A stretch of DNA of 53,681 nt, counting the filler, from Sphacelaria rigidula (Eukaryota), in the NCBI GenBank assembly GCA_964200075.2. It is 5 parts of 5 records of this genome, joined end to end, with 100 filler letters (N's around TTAATTAATTAA, not from the genome) between each part and the next. Parts side by side here need not be neighbours in the genome. Positions count along the whole stretch, not along the records: positions 32,271 to 42,926 come from CAXNAA020006133.1; positions 43,027 to 53,681 come from CAXNAA020006134.1; 3 more parts are not named here. One strand, given 5' to 3'. Made by a program: the position numbers and the translations under genes. This document shows positions 38,581 to 51,180 of the stretch, piece by piece; position 1 is the first letter of the stretch, and every line of letters starts with the position of its first letter. A model generated the notes under the pieces. That model ran no database searches, was not told the origin of the DNA, and worked only from the letters and a program-made list of their open reading frames with translations.

Positions 38581-39100
38581 GACAGCGGAAAGCACAGCAG
38601 CACACACGGTAGTACATCAGCACACCCTATACATGTTGGCGAAGGTACGCGCTTGTGATTCGCAGACGTATGTACAGTCAGCAGCATCAAAATGTGACGA
38701 ACGTCCACGTCCCACGTCAGTTTCAGAGTCTAGCGCTTCATACCCTTTCTCAATGCTCAGGCCGGTGCTCGTGAAGCCGAGAACCATATCAAACTACGAA
38801 AAATACACAGTTCGGACGAATCATCGCCGATTCGAATCACCGAATCCACGATTTTTCAGGCCTGGTTGCTCGAAAGAAAGAGAAAGGTTGATCGCTGGTC
38901 AAGAAGTTCTACACGCAATTTTCGTGCCATTCCACGTGCCTGGGCTACGCGTACCTGGGTTGCAACGCTGAAAAGAAAGCTACCCGTACGAATCAATCAC
39001 ACTAAAAGCAAGCAATTTCCTTACGAACGATTACTCCGTCCGACCTTGAAAAAGTAGAGAGTGGAAATAATACGGCCATCTGCATTGGTCGTCTGTACGG

Positions 39101-39234
39101 CATACCCTGCACAATACATGAAATCAGCGAAAAGAATACGGCGCACAGAATCGATTCAAAAAAATATGACGGCCATGTATTCTGTATTATACGTAGTACA
39201 CCTTTCACTGATGTTATCCGTTGTCCAGGGTGTG
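39101..39234. mobile_element. 134-bp hAT-type MITE in the transposase intron
   Basis: TIR CATACCCTGCACAA / TTGTCCAGGGTGTG (same family as 735-2419); TSD CTGTACGG / CTGTACGC. Confidence 0.7.
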
Positions 39235-39925
39235 CTGTACGCAGCCCCAGCATCAATTAATCGACCACCGAATGCAAAACACCAGACATGTCGCGACGCG
39301 CATTGTTGTTCTCTCCTCATGATATCACCGGAGTACCCCGGTGATTCAACGATCTGACAATCTCAAACAGAGTGGAGATGATGTGGGTTCAATTTCCGCC
39401 CTATAGTTTTTTGTCTTTGCCCTTTCGGAAGATGGGATTTCACCATCGGAAACGTGAGGACGTGTGCACAGACTCGTTCCGAGGAAGGCGAGGGGCTTGG
39501 AGTGTGAAAAGAGAAGTCGTGCTCATAGACTGAACAGGGCGGGAGGGGGGCTCGAAGCGTGACAAGATGGGAAAAAGTTCGTGAGTCGACAATTGATTAC
39601 GAGTAGGTGGAGAATGTGGCACACTCCGAGATATTCGCACAATATTTCATCATCCCATCATTGCTCCCATTCGTGGCTGAATTGTTGGCACATTCCTCCT
39701 GGCGACAATTCCGAAGCTTGCCGCCTGTTGATGGTGATTGATCAGCGCACAAGATTTTTTTGTCACACTCTATACCCCCCCCCTTCCTCGGAATGAGTCC
39801 GAGTCCGTAGTATCAAGGGTTAAACCGGGTAACCCTTGATACTACGGACTGGTCCCGTTATACTCATCTCCCTGCACATACTCGCGTTTTCGACGAGAGA
39901 ATTAAAGTATGTCGAAAGGACAAGA

Positions 39926-40005
39926 AAATACGCGTTGGGCGGGATTCGAACCTACGATCTCTCCACACTGGGGGTGACCACCTGACTGTCAGACTGCGGT
40001 TCGCC
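39926..40005 (-). repeat. tRNA-derived SINE-like head
   Basis: Minus strand ...GATCGTAGGTTCGAATCCCGCCCAACGCGTATTTT: T-arm/B-box plus T-run; acceptor stem does not pair. Confidence 0.45.
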
Positions 40006-40668
40006 GTGTACTTAACTCAGTATGTTTTCCGGGCACACGACTGCTCATTTGTATGAACGTCATGTAGTACATTGAGAACTGTAGGGGCACAGGCATGGCG
40101 ATCTACCTATCACAGAGATGATTTCACTTGGCAATATGTTGCGGTGGTTCATGATACATGTTGTGCGGAAGGTTTTTCAGTTTTAGGCCGGCCCACCTCG
40201 TGTTTATTTCAGTGGCTACCTTGTCCCATGTAGCTACTTGTCGTTTTATCTTGCGACTGCTTCCACCGCCCTTCTGCACAAGACAATGGAAAGGCATATA
40301 ACACGGCGTTCTACACTACAAGTGAGCAACATTCCCGCAGCCGCCGTCGTCAAAAACATGAAGCCGACCCTGGCTGCTCAGTACTCAATCAATGGCATCA
40401 CGCACCAACTTCTCACTTCTGTGCATACTAGACAAAACAGGTAACAGCTCTGCTACCAAGCAGATAGCACCTCTCATCAACGGCGAGTGAAAATTGTCTG
40501 TACACTGAATTTGGCTCTATACATCATACAAAACTCATCGACAACGGCTGTGCACTTTGCACTATCCATCGGATCAGATCCTGGACCCAGTCTGGCGTCC
40601 GCGGCGGGAAGTATGTAGGCGCAAGGGTTGCTCTGAGCCCACCGCATGAGGTTCCATCCCTTCCTCAC

Positions 40669-41145
40669 CCGTGCCCATTCTGGTCCCCTTCAGTCACTGC
40701 TGTCGTTTTTTTACCTCTTGGTAGGCCTCCTTGTGGCCGGGGAGGTTGGTGTTCAGGTGGTTCATGAGGTTGGTGGGCGATTGATTATACTTGATCTCGG
40801 CTCGGTCGTAATTTTCTTCTTGCAGACAAAGCGTGCAAATCGCGTACTGCTGCAGCCTCGCCAGGACATATACCTCGAAAAACAGCCAGACGTGAGCTGA
40901 TGAGTTGTCGGGTTTGCTTTTTCGGCGTTGCTCTTTGAGACGCTTCTCCTTTTCTGCACGAATTGCATCCTTGAGGTTGACCCTCAGCCCCGTCCTACAG
41001 CGTTTGGCGTTCCCTTGTCCTGCGGGCTCGTTGGAAGGGCCACGGCGGTTGTCACTACCGACTGCATCCCAATCGCGGACTGCGCCATCGGCGGCTGCAG
41101 CTGCAGGGCTAGCACCGATATCGGAGCCTGCTGTGCTCGTGCTAG
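40669..41145 (-). pseudogene. hAT transposase N-terminal exon with a BED zinc finger
   Basis: SAHVWLFFEVY...AICTLC...IKYNQSPTNLMNHL...H read in a frame not in the ORF track; TGA near 40693; donor ACGG|gtgagg near 40668. Confidence 0.82.
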
Positions 41146-42869
41146 ATTATGTTGTAGGTATCCTTGACTTCTTATCTTGTACAACCACCCAGTGCAGCAC
41201 TCGCAGTCTTGTGAAAAGTCGACTGGGCTCCTGAACTTTGGTGAGTTAATTGAGAATTTAAACTCTGTACCACGAGTACTGTTCTGTACCATCTGTACCT
41301 CTACTGTTGTCAGGTGTGGGCCACAATTCTACTGTCATTTTGTTCATAGTCACGTAAGCATCTTTGTTATAAAGTCACCATTACTAAAAATCGGTATAAA
41401 TATTGCCGGTAACGGCAAACATCAAATAAACTGGATAAACTAGAGTCCTCGTCACCAGTTCCAGTTAAACTCCAGTTCCAGTTTAACTGCTAGTACGAAC
41501 TGGTCCAGTTCACAGCCCAGATCATTTCACTACGCACAGAAATAAGGCATTCAAAACTGCCGTCGCCCAAGGCCAAGGCTGTGCTCGTAGCCTGGCAACG
41601 TAGTGTGGTTTCGCTGCGCGCCGTTCCGTTTTCATGACATTTTTTCATTTGCGGCAACGGCACATCACGTTGGGAGTGATACAGTTTGCGTGTTACCATC
41701 CATAGCAAGGGGATGTGCCTCGTGAGATACTTCGGGGATGTGTGGATACAGATGTCGTTAACGCTGTGCCGGGTGTTTGAGCGTCAAAATTGCACTCCAA
41801 ATGCCCACAACAAAACTATCATTACAATACGCACGTCGTTTTCGCCGACCATAGCCATTGCTGGCGGATCCAAATAACTTCGAAACAAAGAAAAAATTCA
41901 TCCCAACCCACGCAACAAGAAGAAAATTCAATACATTTACTCTCATTTATTCATTTCAAACGCCATTGGGTTAGTGCATACCCCCGCGCCCCAGTGGCAT
42001 GACTTTACAAGCATCTATTGTAATACGTTCATGGCGTATGTTTTTATGCTGTGTGTCCCACTTCAGAAAATTATCACGTCATTCGTGCACTTTTCAAAAA
42101 ATGGGAATCTGCTGTTTAGCCTTCTTTCTGTCCATGCTTGGAAGTCAGCGCAACACTGCCCCCGTCCGGTAGTTATGTTTGTGGCATAGATAAAACCCGT
42201 CACGTCATTCGCAATTGACTGTCCATGAGCCGTGGACTCCGTAAACATCTTTCTTTCTTCCAATATACCACGTAGCTCATGAGAACTATGCGTTTGCTAT
42301 CAGCGCACCGCTGAGCGAAGAGTACGCAATGAGGCACAGTGCGCCTGAAGCCAAGCATAGTGGCATTTCTTGGCCATTTTGTTTTGTACACGTTATCGGA
42401 CTTGCGAACAATGTGTCCACGCTAGTTGACGAGGTTTATGGGAGCCCCCCGAGCCTTTGGCACTACAACAAACGCTTACGGTACCCATACTACGGGCGTC
42501 GCCTTAGTGAAGTGAGGAGCGATGTATTACAACAGTAGCAGTTTCCCCAAACACGATGAAGCTGGTCCGCGTGGGGGAACGGGTGTACTCATGATCATGC
42601 TTGCCATAGTCATCAGACCATTGACCTCGCATCCCTACAAAGCCGGGACGGAGCACGCGTGGGGGAACGGGGGGGGCGGGGGGAAGGTGGTGGAGACGAA
42701 CGTGGCGACAAACTCCGCCATCCGTCCTCTGTCGTCACCTTGCTTCACTTCAAAATGCCCATAGTACTGTACCCTTCACCGATGGAGTCCATGGAAATAG
42801 TGATGACAATCGGTCACAGTCGGCGCACGCGGTAGTTTGCCCTCACGACGAGTGGGGTTATTATTATCC

Positions 42870-42926
<57 letters not shown>

Positions 42927-43026
42927 NNNNNNNNNNNNNNNNNNNNNNNNNNNNNNNNNNNNNNNNNNNNTTAATTAATTAANNNNNNNNNNNNNNNNNN
43001 NNNNNNNNNNNNNNNNNNNNNNNNNN
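42927..43026. other. Assembly spacer
   Basis: 44N-TTAATTAATTAA-44N, preceded by a (TTA)n microsatellite at about 42858-42926. Confidence 0.97.
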
Positions 43027-43309
43027 GCTTTGTAGGGATGCGAGGTCAATGGTCTTATGACTATGGCATGCATGATCATGAGTACACCCCCCCCCCGCTC
43101 CTACTTTAAATGTTCACCTCCGTTGTCCTCTGCTGTGTTGTGTGTGGTAGCCGTTAGTCAAGCATGGTTGACTTGTTCAAAGAATCTTCACCACAAGCAT
43201 CTTGACCACATCAAAAATTCTAATTCGAACTAGAGCACGCAGAAGATTCCTAATCAGATTCCGTAAGCCTTCCATTTACCATTGGGAACACAGGCCGGGA
43301 TGTCACTTT

Positions 43310-44160
43310 CGATTGTGAACTACGCGGCTGATCGACGGAGGCAAGTTGACCATCGTTGGGCTACGTTTTAGAATCGCTGACATATTTTTACAAGTATCGC
43401 TACCCCTCACACTTACCCCAACCCAACGCATACTGAGATCCCTCGGGCAAGGGCGGAACATACATTTATTCGGCAAAGTGCGGCCTTGGTAGACCCCAAA
43501 TCGGCGCCTGTGACGCCGTTTCGAACGAAAAACGCGTTGTCTACGCACGCCAAGAGCACACGGGGCTATCAGCCCCACCAAAACTACGCTTCTCGTGGTT
43601 CACAGTCAAATCGAGAGATATAAACCAATCTGAAACGTACTCCGGAGCCGATACACTTCAGTGGACTGCTGCACTTTGCCGAGGGACTGTATGTTCAGCG
43701 CTTGCCCGAGGGTTCTCGGTATGCGTTGGGTTAGGGTAAGAGTTGAGGTTGGGGTTAGGGTTGGGGTCAGGGGAGCGATGTACTTGTAAAATGGTGTTTT
43801 CCATCCTAAAACGTAGCCTAACGACGGTCAACCCTTCGACCGCGGTGCGGATCTTCCATATGGATGACACATACTCTTTTCAAGTGAATATTGATGCCGA
43901 TTCAGCGGGTGATCTACCTATTCTCGCCATCAAAGGGAGGGGAGCTACAAATATGTTCATAGATAACGGTTGATGGGGAACATCATGGAATGTAATGAAT
44001 TAACACTAACACTAGCCCCAACCCCAACCCCGACCCGAGGCACGCGAGACCCTCGGGTAAGGAGGGTGCATAGATTCCCCCAAGCCAAGTGTGCGTTGGC
44101 AGACTTCAAATCGTCGCCTTAAACGTCGATTTCGACACAAACACGTTCTGGGCGAGCTGG
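43310..44160. repeat. Foldback/modular repeat with degenerate telomere-like tracts
   Basis: 43340-43465 is inverted at 43690-43835 and partly repeated at 44000-44150; GGGTTAGGG/CCCCAA tracts. Confidence 0.6.
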
Positions 44161-47100
44161 GTCCACTGCTCACCTGCCCCAGACCATGTATATTTCAGGA
44201 TTTTATCGAGTCTCAAATCTTGCAGTCATCCCTGTCAACCATTGTGTACGAACATTTCTTCAGGTCAACTGCTCCTCATTATGCACTGTGGTGCTAGTGT
44301 GTAGTATGTGTCTCGTCCAGGGATCGGGAGATTCTAGGCAGCCTCTCCACATTCCGAAATACAGATCGTTTCTGCACCCAATATTGAACGGCTGACGGGC
44401 TGAGTTGACAGCGAGTGCTATATCACCCCTGTGGTCCAAGACGTGTTTCTTTTCCGCTCTAGCGCGATGAGTAGGCGAAAGAAAAAAAAAGGGTCTGTAA
44501 AATTGTTTACTAAATCAAATTGGATTGGTTCTCCCCCCCTTGCAATGGTCTCATGACTATGGGATGTATGATCATCAGTACACCCCCCCTTGCTATGCAG
44601 GTCTCGGTTAGGCATTTTTCGTCGTTGGGTTCTGATCTGAGCTTTCTCGTATAGCGTTCTTCTCTTTCAGTAACAAGTCCTAGCGTCGATAAAATTGGTG
44701 TTGTGGGGATGATACAGAGTAAGTACCACGTGTATCAGAGGGTGTTATCGACCGTTACTGGTCCAAGACACACAGATTGTCGTCTCTAGCGCAATAAATA
44801 GGTATGAGTTTGAAACGAAAACACCCCTTTACATTTGTTCACGAAAACCATCGGGATTGCTTCAAACGGGCAAAAATACCCACAAGGGCAAGAATCTGGG
44901 GATGGGTAGTTGTGGTACTCCCAGAAACCCGTCAGCCCGTAAGTCGTTCAATACTGGGTGCAGGGGTGATTGCGTTTCCGAATGTGGAGTGGATGCCTAG
45001 AATCGCCCGATCCCCGAAACTATGGAATCAACGTTCACCGGGATGACGAACGGCAACCGAAAGCTCGCAAGGAAATCACGATGAGGTTACAATAATCCTG
45101 TATATATTTCAGCAGGAAACTACTGTGGGGTAAGAGTTCGACCGCATGCCTGTTGCGTCACAGTTGTGTGCTAGGTATTATTCAGCGCCGCTCTCCGTCT
45201 TTCTCTCTATTCCGCATGCACAGGGTAAAATTCCTCCCCCCCCTCCATTTTTCAGACTTTCTCAAACAGAAGCGTGTGAACACTATGTTTGAGATAGTTA
45301 ACTTCTCCATATCCATCGACGAACACTTGTAGGGTTTGTCTGATTGATCTCACGATTCTTTCAAAACGGAAACCGCGCTCGACCGTCATGCCCAAGTGGC
45401 GAAGTTTTTACACGCACAGATTGAGCACGCCGTGGCAGCAAAACGTCTACAACGGACACACGCGTTACCTGTGAGCCCATCAATCTCACTGGGATTGTGG
45501 CACCGTTCTCCTAGTAGCAGCGGAATTGAATCCTCGACACTGAGATCGACTACACAGAGGCTTACTACGAAGAGCTCATGGCCGTGCGATGACTGTTGAA
45601 TAGATATGAGTGTGTTTCAAATAAACGAATGGAAATTTCCGAGACTATTTCGGCAGTAAATCGATGTGACGGCAGGACAGAGGGATAACCGACATATGGA
45701 TATCGGGCTCGACATGCTCTGGGGCCTGAGTGCAGTAGGCCGGCGGGTATGCTTCTTGTATTGTGCAGTTCCGAACTGAACGACTCTCATTCTCATTGAA
45801 GATATTGGTGAATCATTAAGGATTGCGTCGAACTCCATGCTTTTCGGAGTTGCGGGGAGGGGGCGCATTCCAACCCAATTGACGGGGCTCGTGCTTGTAA
45901 AATATGCCGTAAGAGAAAGTAGCGATGCCCACAGAGTTTCTACCCTCTCTATCGCCATGATGTCATTGAAATCGCGGGTGTGTGCACTTCGAAATGTGTC
46001 GATGTGGCAAAAACACAATCGTGTTCGGAACGAAATTCTTCGTCAACGTTGTCAGGTTCCGCTCCAGCTCAGTGCCACCTCTGACCAGAACATGGTTGCA
46101 ACGCGTCCCTCCCTCTTTTGTTCCCGAACGCGCATTGAACGAACCGGTGAAGACCTGACATTGACCCTGCTCCGAATGTGTATGTATGCCTTTGCTAGGT
46201 CGAAGTACATGACGTTCGGCTGTGGTTTCTACACGACATGCGGCAATCTAGATTATCCGGCCATTGACCTCCTGAACTCTTAGGCGTTTGCACTAAACTG
46301 AAGATGTAATCGTCAGACTTCACGCGGTGCCTTACATAATTAAGTGCCGTATGTAGTTTTTGGATGGCAATTTCGAAGGTTTGCATCTCCGATATACTCT
46401 TGGAAATGTTCGCAATCTTTCCCCGGGCTCTTCATGTTCCCTGGCTCCTCGAAGCGTACAGAGGGCAACACTTGCGGATCCAACTACTGTAGAATGGTAC
46501 CGCACGGATAGTTGTACTGAGACAACAAACACCCCAGTTACGTGCTCGCTCCATCCAACGTTCGTTTCTCGTTTCCCCGGTATTTTCGATTTGTTGGATT
46601 GCACGACGTAGCCCAACCTGCTGATGAGTCGAGCACATCCGATGACACCCGCTGTGTCGAGAGATACTGACTACATTCCCAGTAAGAAACTGGGTTATAT
46701 TCCGCAGAGGTGTGCCGTTACAGGCACACCTTGTACGATACGTTCCCAAGATTGAATCGTGATATATGCACCATCTATCCACAGGAGATTGCGTCGTCAT
46801 TGTCAGCAGGAACTTCATTCAGGATGCAAAAATCATCGGCTATCATCACTCCGCATCTCCAATCAGAGGATTCCAATGTTATCTAGACTTACGACATACT
46901 GAGATACGACCAACCGTACATGACCTGCATGCGTGTGGCGGGAACATGAAGCGGCACCGAACTATTACGAGTAGAGTGAAGCCACACTACAACAAAGATC
47001 GATCAATATAGGTGCGTACAGTGTTTAGTGGCTTTTGGACTGGAAGGCACTCACTTCCCTATCAAAACATGAATCTATTCGGGGGTGGAAGGCGGGACCC

Positions 47101-48593
47101 GACGTCATTCAATGCACGTCCGGTGGTTTCCGCGCACTTCGCCGACTCGCTCCTTATGACAATTTTCCAAACGTTCAAGTTCCCTCGAACGTATTTGATA
47201 TCTATCGAGTCTCCCTCCAACCACAATACACCCTGGGTGCCATTTCATGTGAGATATATTCATGTAGATTTTGGGACGTCGCGGTAGGAACAAGATGCAT
47301 CGTCATGACGTACAGGCATATCTTGAACAAGCCACCAACCATGGCATCAAAGTGCATGAGGGATGTTTCTTCGCATTTTTGAAGGTCAGCCTTTGTTCTG
47401 TCTCTTTTGTTTGTGAGTCAACATCCAAACTAGCCGGCAAAGGCTAGAAAGTGACGGAGAAACACGACGAGTCTACTCCACGTTGTTATGGTATAGGTGA
47501 GCCCCGATCTAGACATGTAGGGATCCCAGCTGCGTTTCCTACCGCTCTCACAGAAGGATGCGATACAAATGGTCGTTCTATAGCACGATTTCATGAATTT
47601 TGGCAATGCGACTAGACAAATAAAAGCCGTTACTATACTCAGCATAGAGGAGCTCAGTAGTGTACACTTCAATGTGCGAGATTATGATAGTGACGAGGGT
47701 TGCATAAGCCGCATCGTCGATACTTCTACTCTTCGAAATACCCCGGAGTGTCCTTGCATATTGTCCATGTCTCCCTACATATGTAAGGAATGAATTTGAG
47801 CTAGGCTTCGGCATTGAAGCGGGAACGCACCGCACGTAAGCTACAACAAAGGAACGGAAAAGGGTTTCCCTCATTCAGCGTTTGCTACACTGTTTCCCCT
47901 ACTCCGTGATTTCTCGGTTTGCGCGACGGGACCACTCTTCCCGGGAAAGAACAGCCTCAAACGGTGGCATGCAAAAACAAAACAACAAATGGAGCTGAAG
48001 AACCCTGATCACGGCGTTTGCTGCAGTAACCCAAGCTATGCCCCACCATATGAATACACATGCAGCAATATTTGTTCTCCTGCATGCAAATGGTAGGTAA
48101 ATACTTGCGGCCATGCATCAGATTTCCGGTCGTCACCATTCATCCGTGCCTCACGCACTAGGAACGAATATTCTCGGTTACCAGGCAGTACCTTTTCCAA
48201 ACGAGTCCAGCCTCATTCGAAGCTCACTGTTAGGTGAAACTCGACCAAGCGAACACGACCCGCATGGGTTTGGCGGAAACATGAAACGGTCCTTCAACGA
48301 TGAACACCCCCGCAACAAAGGACAACGACCGACACGTCGAGGCGTTTACAGCAGGACATTGAATCTTAGACCAGCCGGCGTGTGATTTTCGACGATAAGG
48401 AGTCCGTTACCGTTCAGTGTGTGGTGTCGTGACGTTTGCGTGCTTGAATGATGACTTACTTATCAATATCTCTTCGAACCCCTCACAAGTTCCCATCAGG
48501 AATTGCCATGAAGGCGGTTCGGAGGTACTATGGCTTTGTCATCCGAATACATTGCTCACCCTTACATGAGCTTAGAGGTGCTTCGTTTCTCAC

Positions 48594-48674
48594 CTCCAAA
48601 ATACCCAGCAGTGTTGATGGCGAAAGACGTATTGCCATCAATGGTGACGCCGCCGCGAAATACGAAGATGGCAC
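48594..48674 (-). CDS. Isolated exon encoding a GGAI/FxxN (polymorphic membrane protein-like) repeat
   Basis: ttttcacgtcctag|GT GCC ATC...TTT GGA G|gtgag; 81 nt, phase 1-1; (G)AIFVFRGGVTIDGNTSFAINTAGYFG(G). Confidence 0.6.
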
Positions 48675-50520
48675 CTAGGACGTGAAAACGGACGCATCGA
48701 GCTTCTAAGTGCGCCGGGGTGACGAGAGGTAACGCATCTGCAACACGAAACTGTTCAAATGCGGCGCGTGAGGTGGGGTATCCCTTCGTGACATTCCTTG
48801 ACTCTACGCGTTCACCTGAACAGCCATGGTGACTTAATCATGGATGGCAGCAGAAGATCGAAACCCAAACAAGTGGGTACATGGACGTTTCCGCACCGAA
48901 GGTACGGGGGGTAGGGATTGAGGTATATGCAACAGGATGGGTCAGAGACAATGGCATCCCCCTGTTTACCGATGACACTCTGGAGTCTATTTTTTCTCAA
49001 CTACACAGATACTGGGGGCATATTATAGTTTGCGGTGTGGTGCAGTGTGATAGAGCCAAGCACGAATCTGGGCATCTGCTGGCTACAGGAAGTAGGGTCC
49101 GCTCTATTACCGTGAAACACGTAATAATAGGTGCGGAGCTATGCTGTCCCCTTCTTTTCCTGTCGCGACAATGTATCGTCGGGCCGTCCTCAATACGATA
49201 TACGTTTTTCACGGGGCCAGGGGCAACAACCTTCAGCAGGCCATAGACTTTCTGATATTTTCGTATACTTCGAAACTAGCATATTCCTGATGTTACTAGG
49301 TTTACGTAATCCATAGCGGCCTTACATTGGCGAAACGCCCGTGTCTGTCCGGGTTGCGGGTGTGGAATCCTAACCCGCGATTCCGTCTTCATTTCTTTGG
49401 TTTCCCTGGTAAATTGTCTCATATTTCCTCATCTCCTAGGGACCCAGCCGTGGTCACATGATAAACGTACCGGAGATGAAGACAAAAAAGAGGCGCTCGC
49501 TAATGAAAGATTGAAAAACACAGAAAGGTAAAGCAGACAAACACAGTGGAGAATAGAAAAATGAAACCAGGAAGGAAGTGAACAAAACACCACCAGAAAA
49601 GAGGAAAAACAGAGAGGGCCGTCGTACCCAACACCGCTTCGGTGGAGAAGGATTTGCACGAGAAACAGGCACCCGTAGCTACTCAAAATAGCAAATAACC
49701 GTCGGAATAGGGTTTCGGTTGTAAAGCTCTCATTTATGAAGCCTGCGGAAGCGGGACACAACACCGCTCCTTGCATAGACAGAGAGGGAGGAACAAATGA
49801 ATATAGAGGAAACTGGGGGAAGAACGAGATGGCAAAAAACGAGACTGCAAACGAGATTGCACTGAGATGACAGTACAGGAAAGCAGGTAGACTACATATC
49901 AGAGAGCACCACAAAAGCACCTACCAACGGCAAAATCAAAAACGGATAGGATAAGACAGGGATACATCAGTCCCCAGAAATTCTGAGCGTCTCTCATTCA
50001 AGCCTAGTAGGGTACCGAGCGGATCATTCTCTCGGTGATTTCAGTCTTGAACTGCTGGCGAGCTGTTGTTGCTTTTGTTCTTGCAAGATCAGCTCTCACA
50101 GTGGCGATTGTCAACGTAGCAGCCTCTTCATTAACGCATTTGATCTACGAACAGAAGCCAGAAGCATGAGCGGGGAAATCGCCGGGTATTCGACTATTTT
50201 AGCAAAGTTACTAAAAACGCTTCTTGTGATTGATTGGAGTAAGGTAAACTGTTCCGAGTTCCTCTATTTTAGAAACTGGAAGTGTTTCTATTGGGGATCT
50301 TCCGCCCCAGTGAATTTTGGAGCGTAAGACTTGCAAGAGGGCAGTAACCTGTTCGAGCATACGGCAAGGGGCTGTTGTCGCCGCAAGGGCATCTGATCAC
50401 CACGAGCGTTCGAATACCTGTCCTTTGTGACGGGGGTCCGAATCTATTTTGTTTTTGCGTCGTCACTCCGGGATTCCTCAGTTTGCGCGACGCGACCGCT
50501 TGTTCCGCATGCGCATATAA

Positions 50521-50853
50521 CACACGCGGCCATTTGGCTACCTCCAAACTTCCTCCAGGTGGGTACACGTTTCGAGCCTCCAGAGGAATGAAACGCTACC
50601 GGAGGGGTGCGCGGCCCTCCAGAGGAGATTTTCCGGTTCCCTCCAGAGAGGTTGAACACCTCCGGAGGCTTATTCTTGCCTCCGGAGGGCCGCGCATACC
50701 CCCAAATCCCTCTGGAGGGGTGCGCGGCCCTCCGGGTTGGTAGAGTTTGGACCCCTCTAGAGGGGTCGAAGGCCTCCTGAGGCTTGTTTTCCCCCTGGAG
50801 GGCCGCGCATCCCTCCGGAGGCATTTTGGGGTGTAGCCGAATGGCCGCGACTG
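50521..50853. mobile_element. MITE with internal CCTCC(A/G)GAGG palindromic tandem units
   Basis: TIR CGCGGCCATTTGGCTAC / GTAGCCGAATGGCCGCG; two ~115-bp internal units. Confidence 0.65.
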
Positions 50854-51180
50854 AAAGCAACGAATGGAGTCGAACAATCCTGATTGCGTTGGCAACAGTA
50901 CCGCAAGCTATGTTCCACATCACCATGAATCTACATAGACAACTGACTGTTTTGAACAGTACAAAGGGTACGCTGGCTAGATAAGTGAGGGCACTTGGAG
51001 TCGATTGACCACGTTTAGTGATGGAAGGGCTGCGGGTACGGTCGGCGAGAAAGGGTGAGCTCCCAGTCGAACGTACACGGTGTGAGGTGTACACAATCAC
51101 ACATGTCACCAACACGCCCAACACGGGGGGAATTCCCGCGGCGTACGAGCTGTTTCACGCTTATCACCTGAATAAAACAC

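Larger units (their letters stand above)
35977..41520 (-). mobile_element. Full-length hAT DNA transposon
   Basis: TIRs TAGGGCTGTGAAGTGG / CCAGTTCACAGCCCAG; perfect 8-bp TSD ATCATTTC at 35969-35976 and 41521-41528; CCAGTT subterminal repeats at both ends; internal transposase. Confidence 0.93.

Noticed and set aside
45617..46616. NB-ARC/TPR immune-type gene fragments
   Set aside because: No P-loop or TPR motif found; the resemblance is superficial.
50575..50825. CRISPR-like array of palindromic repeats
   Set aside because: Irregular spacing, repeated spacers, enclosed by MITE TIRs, and no cas genes.
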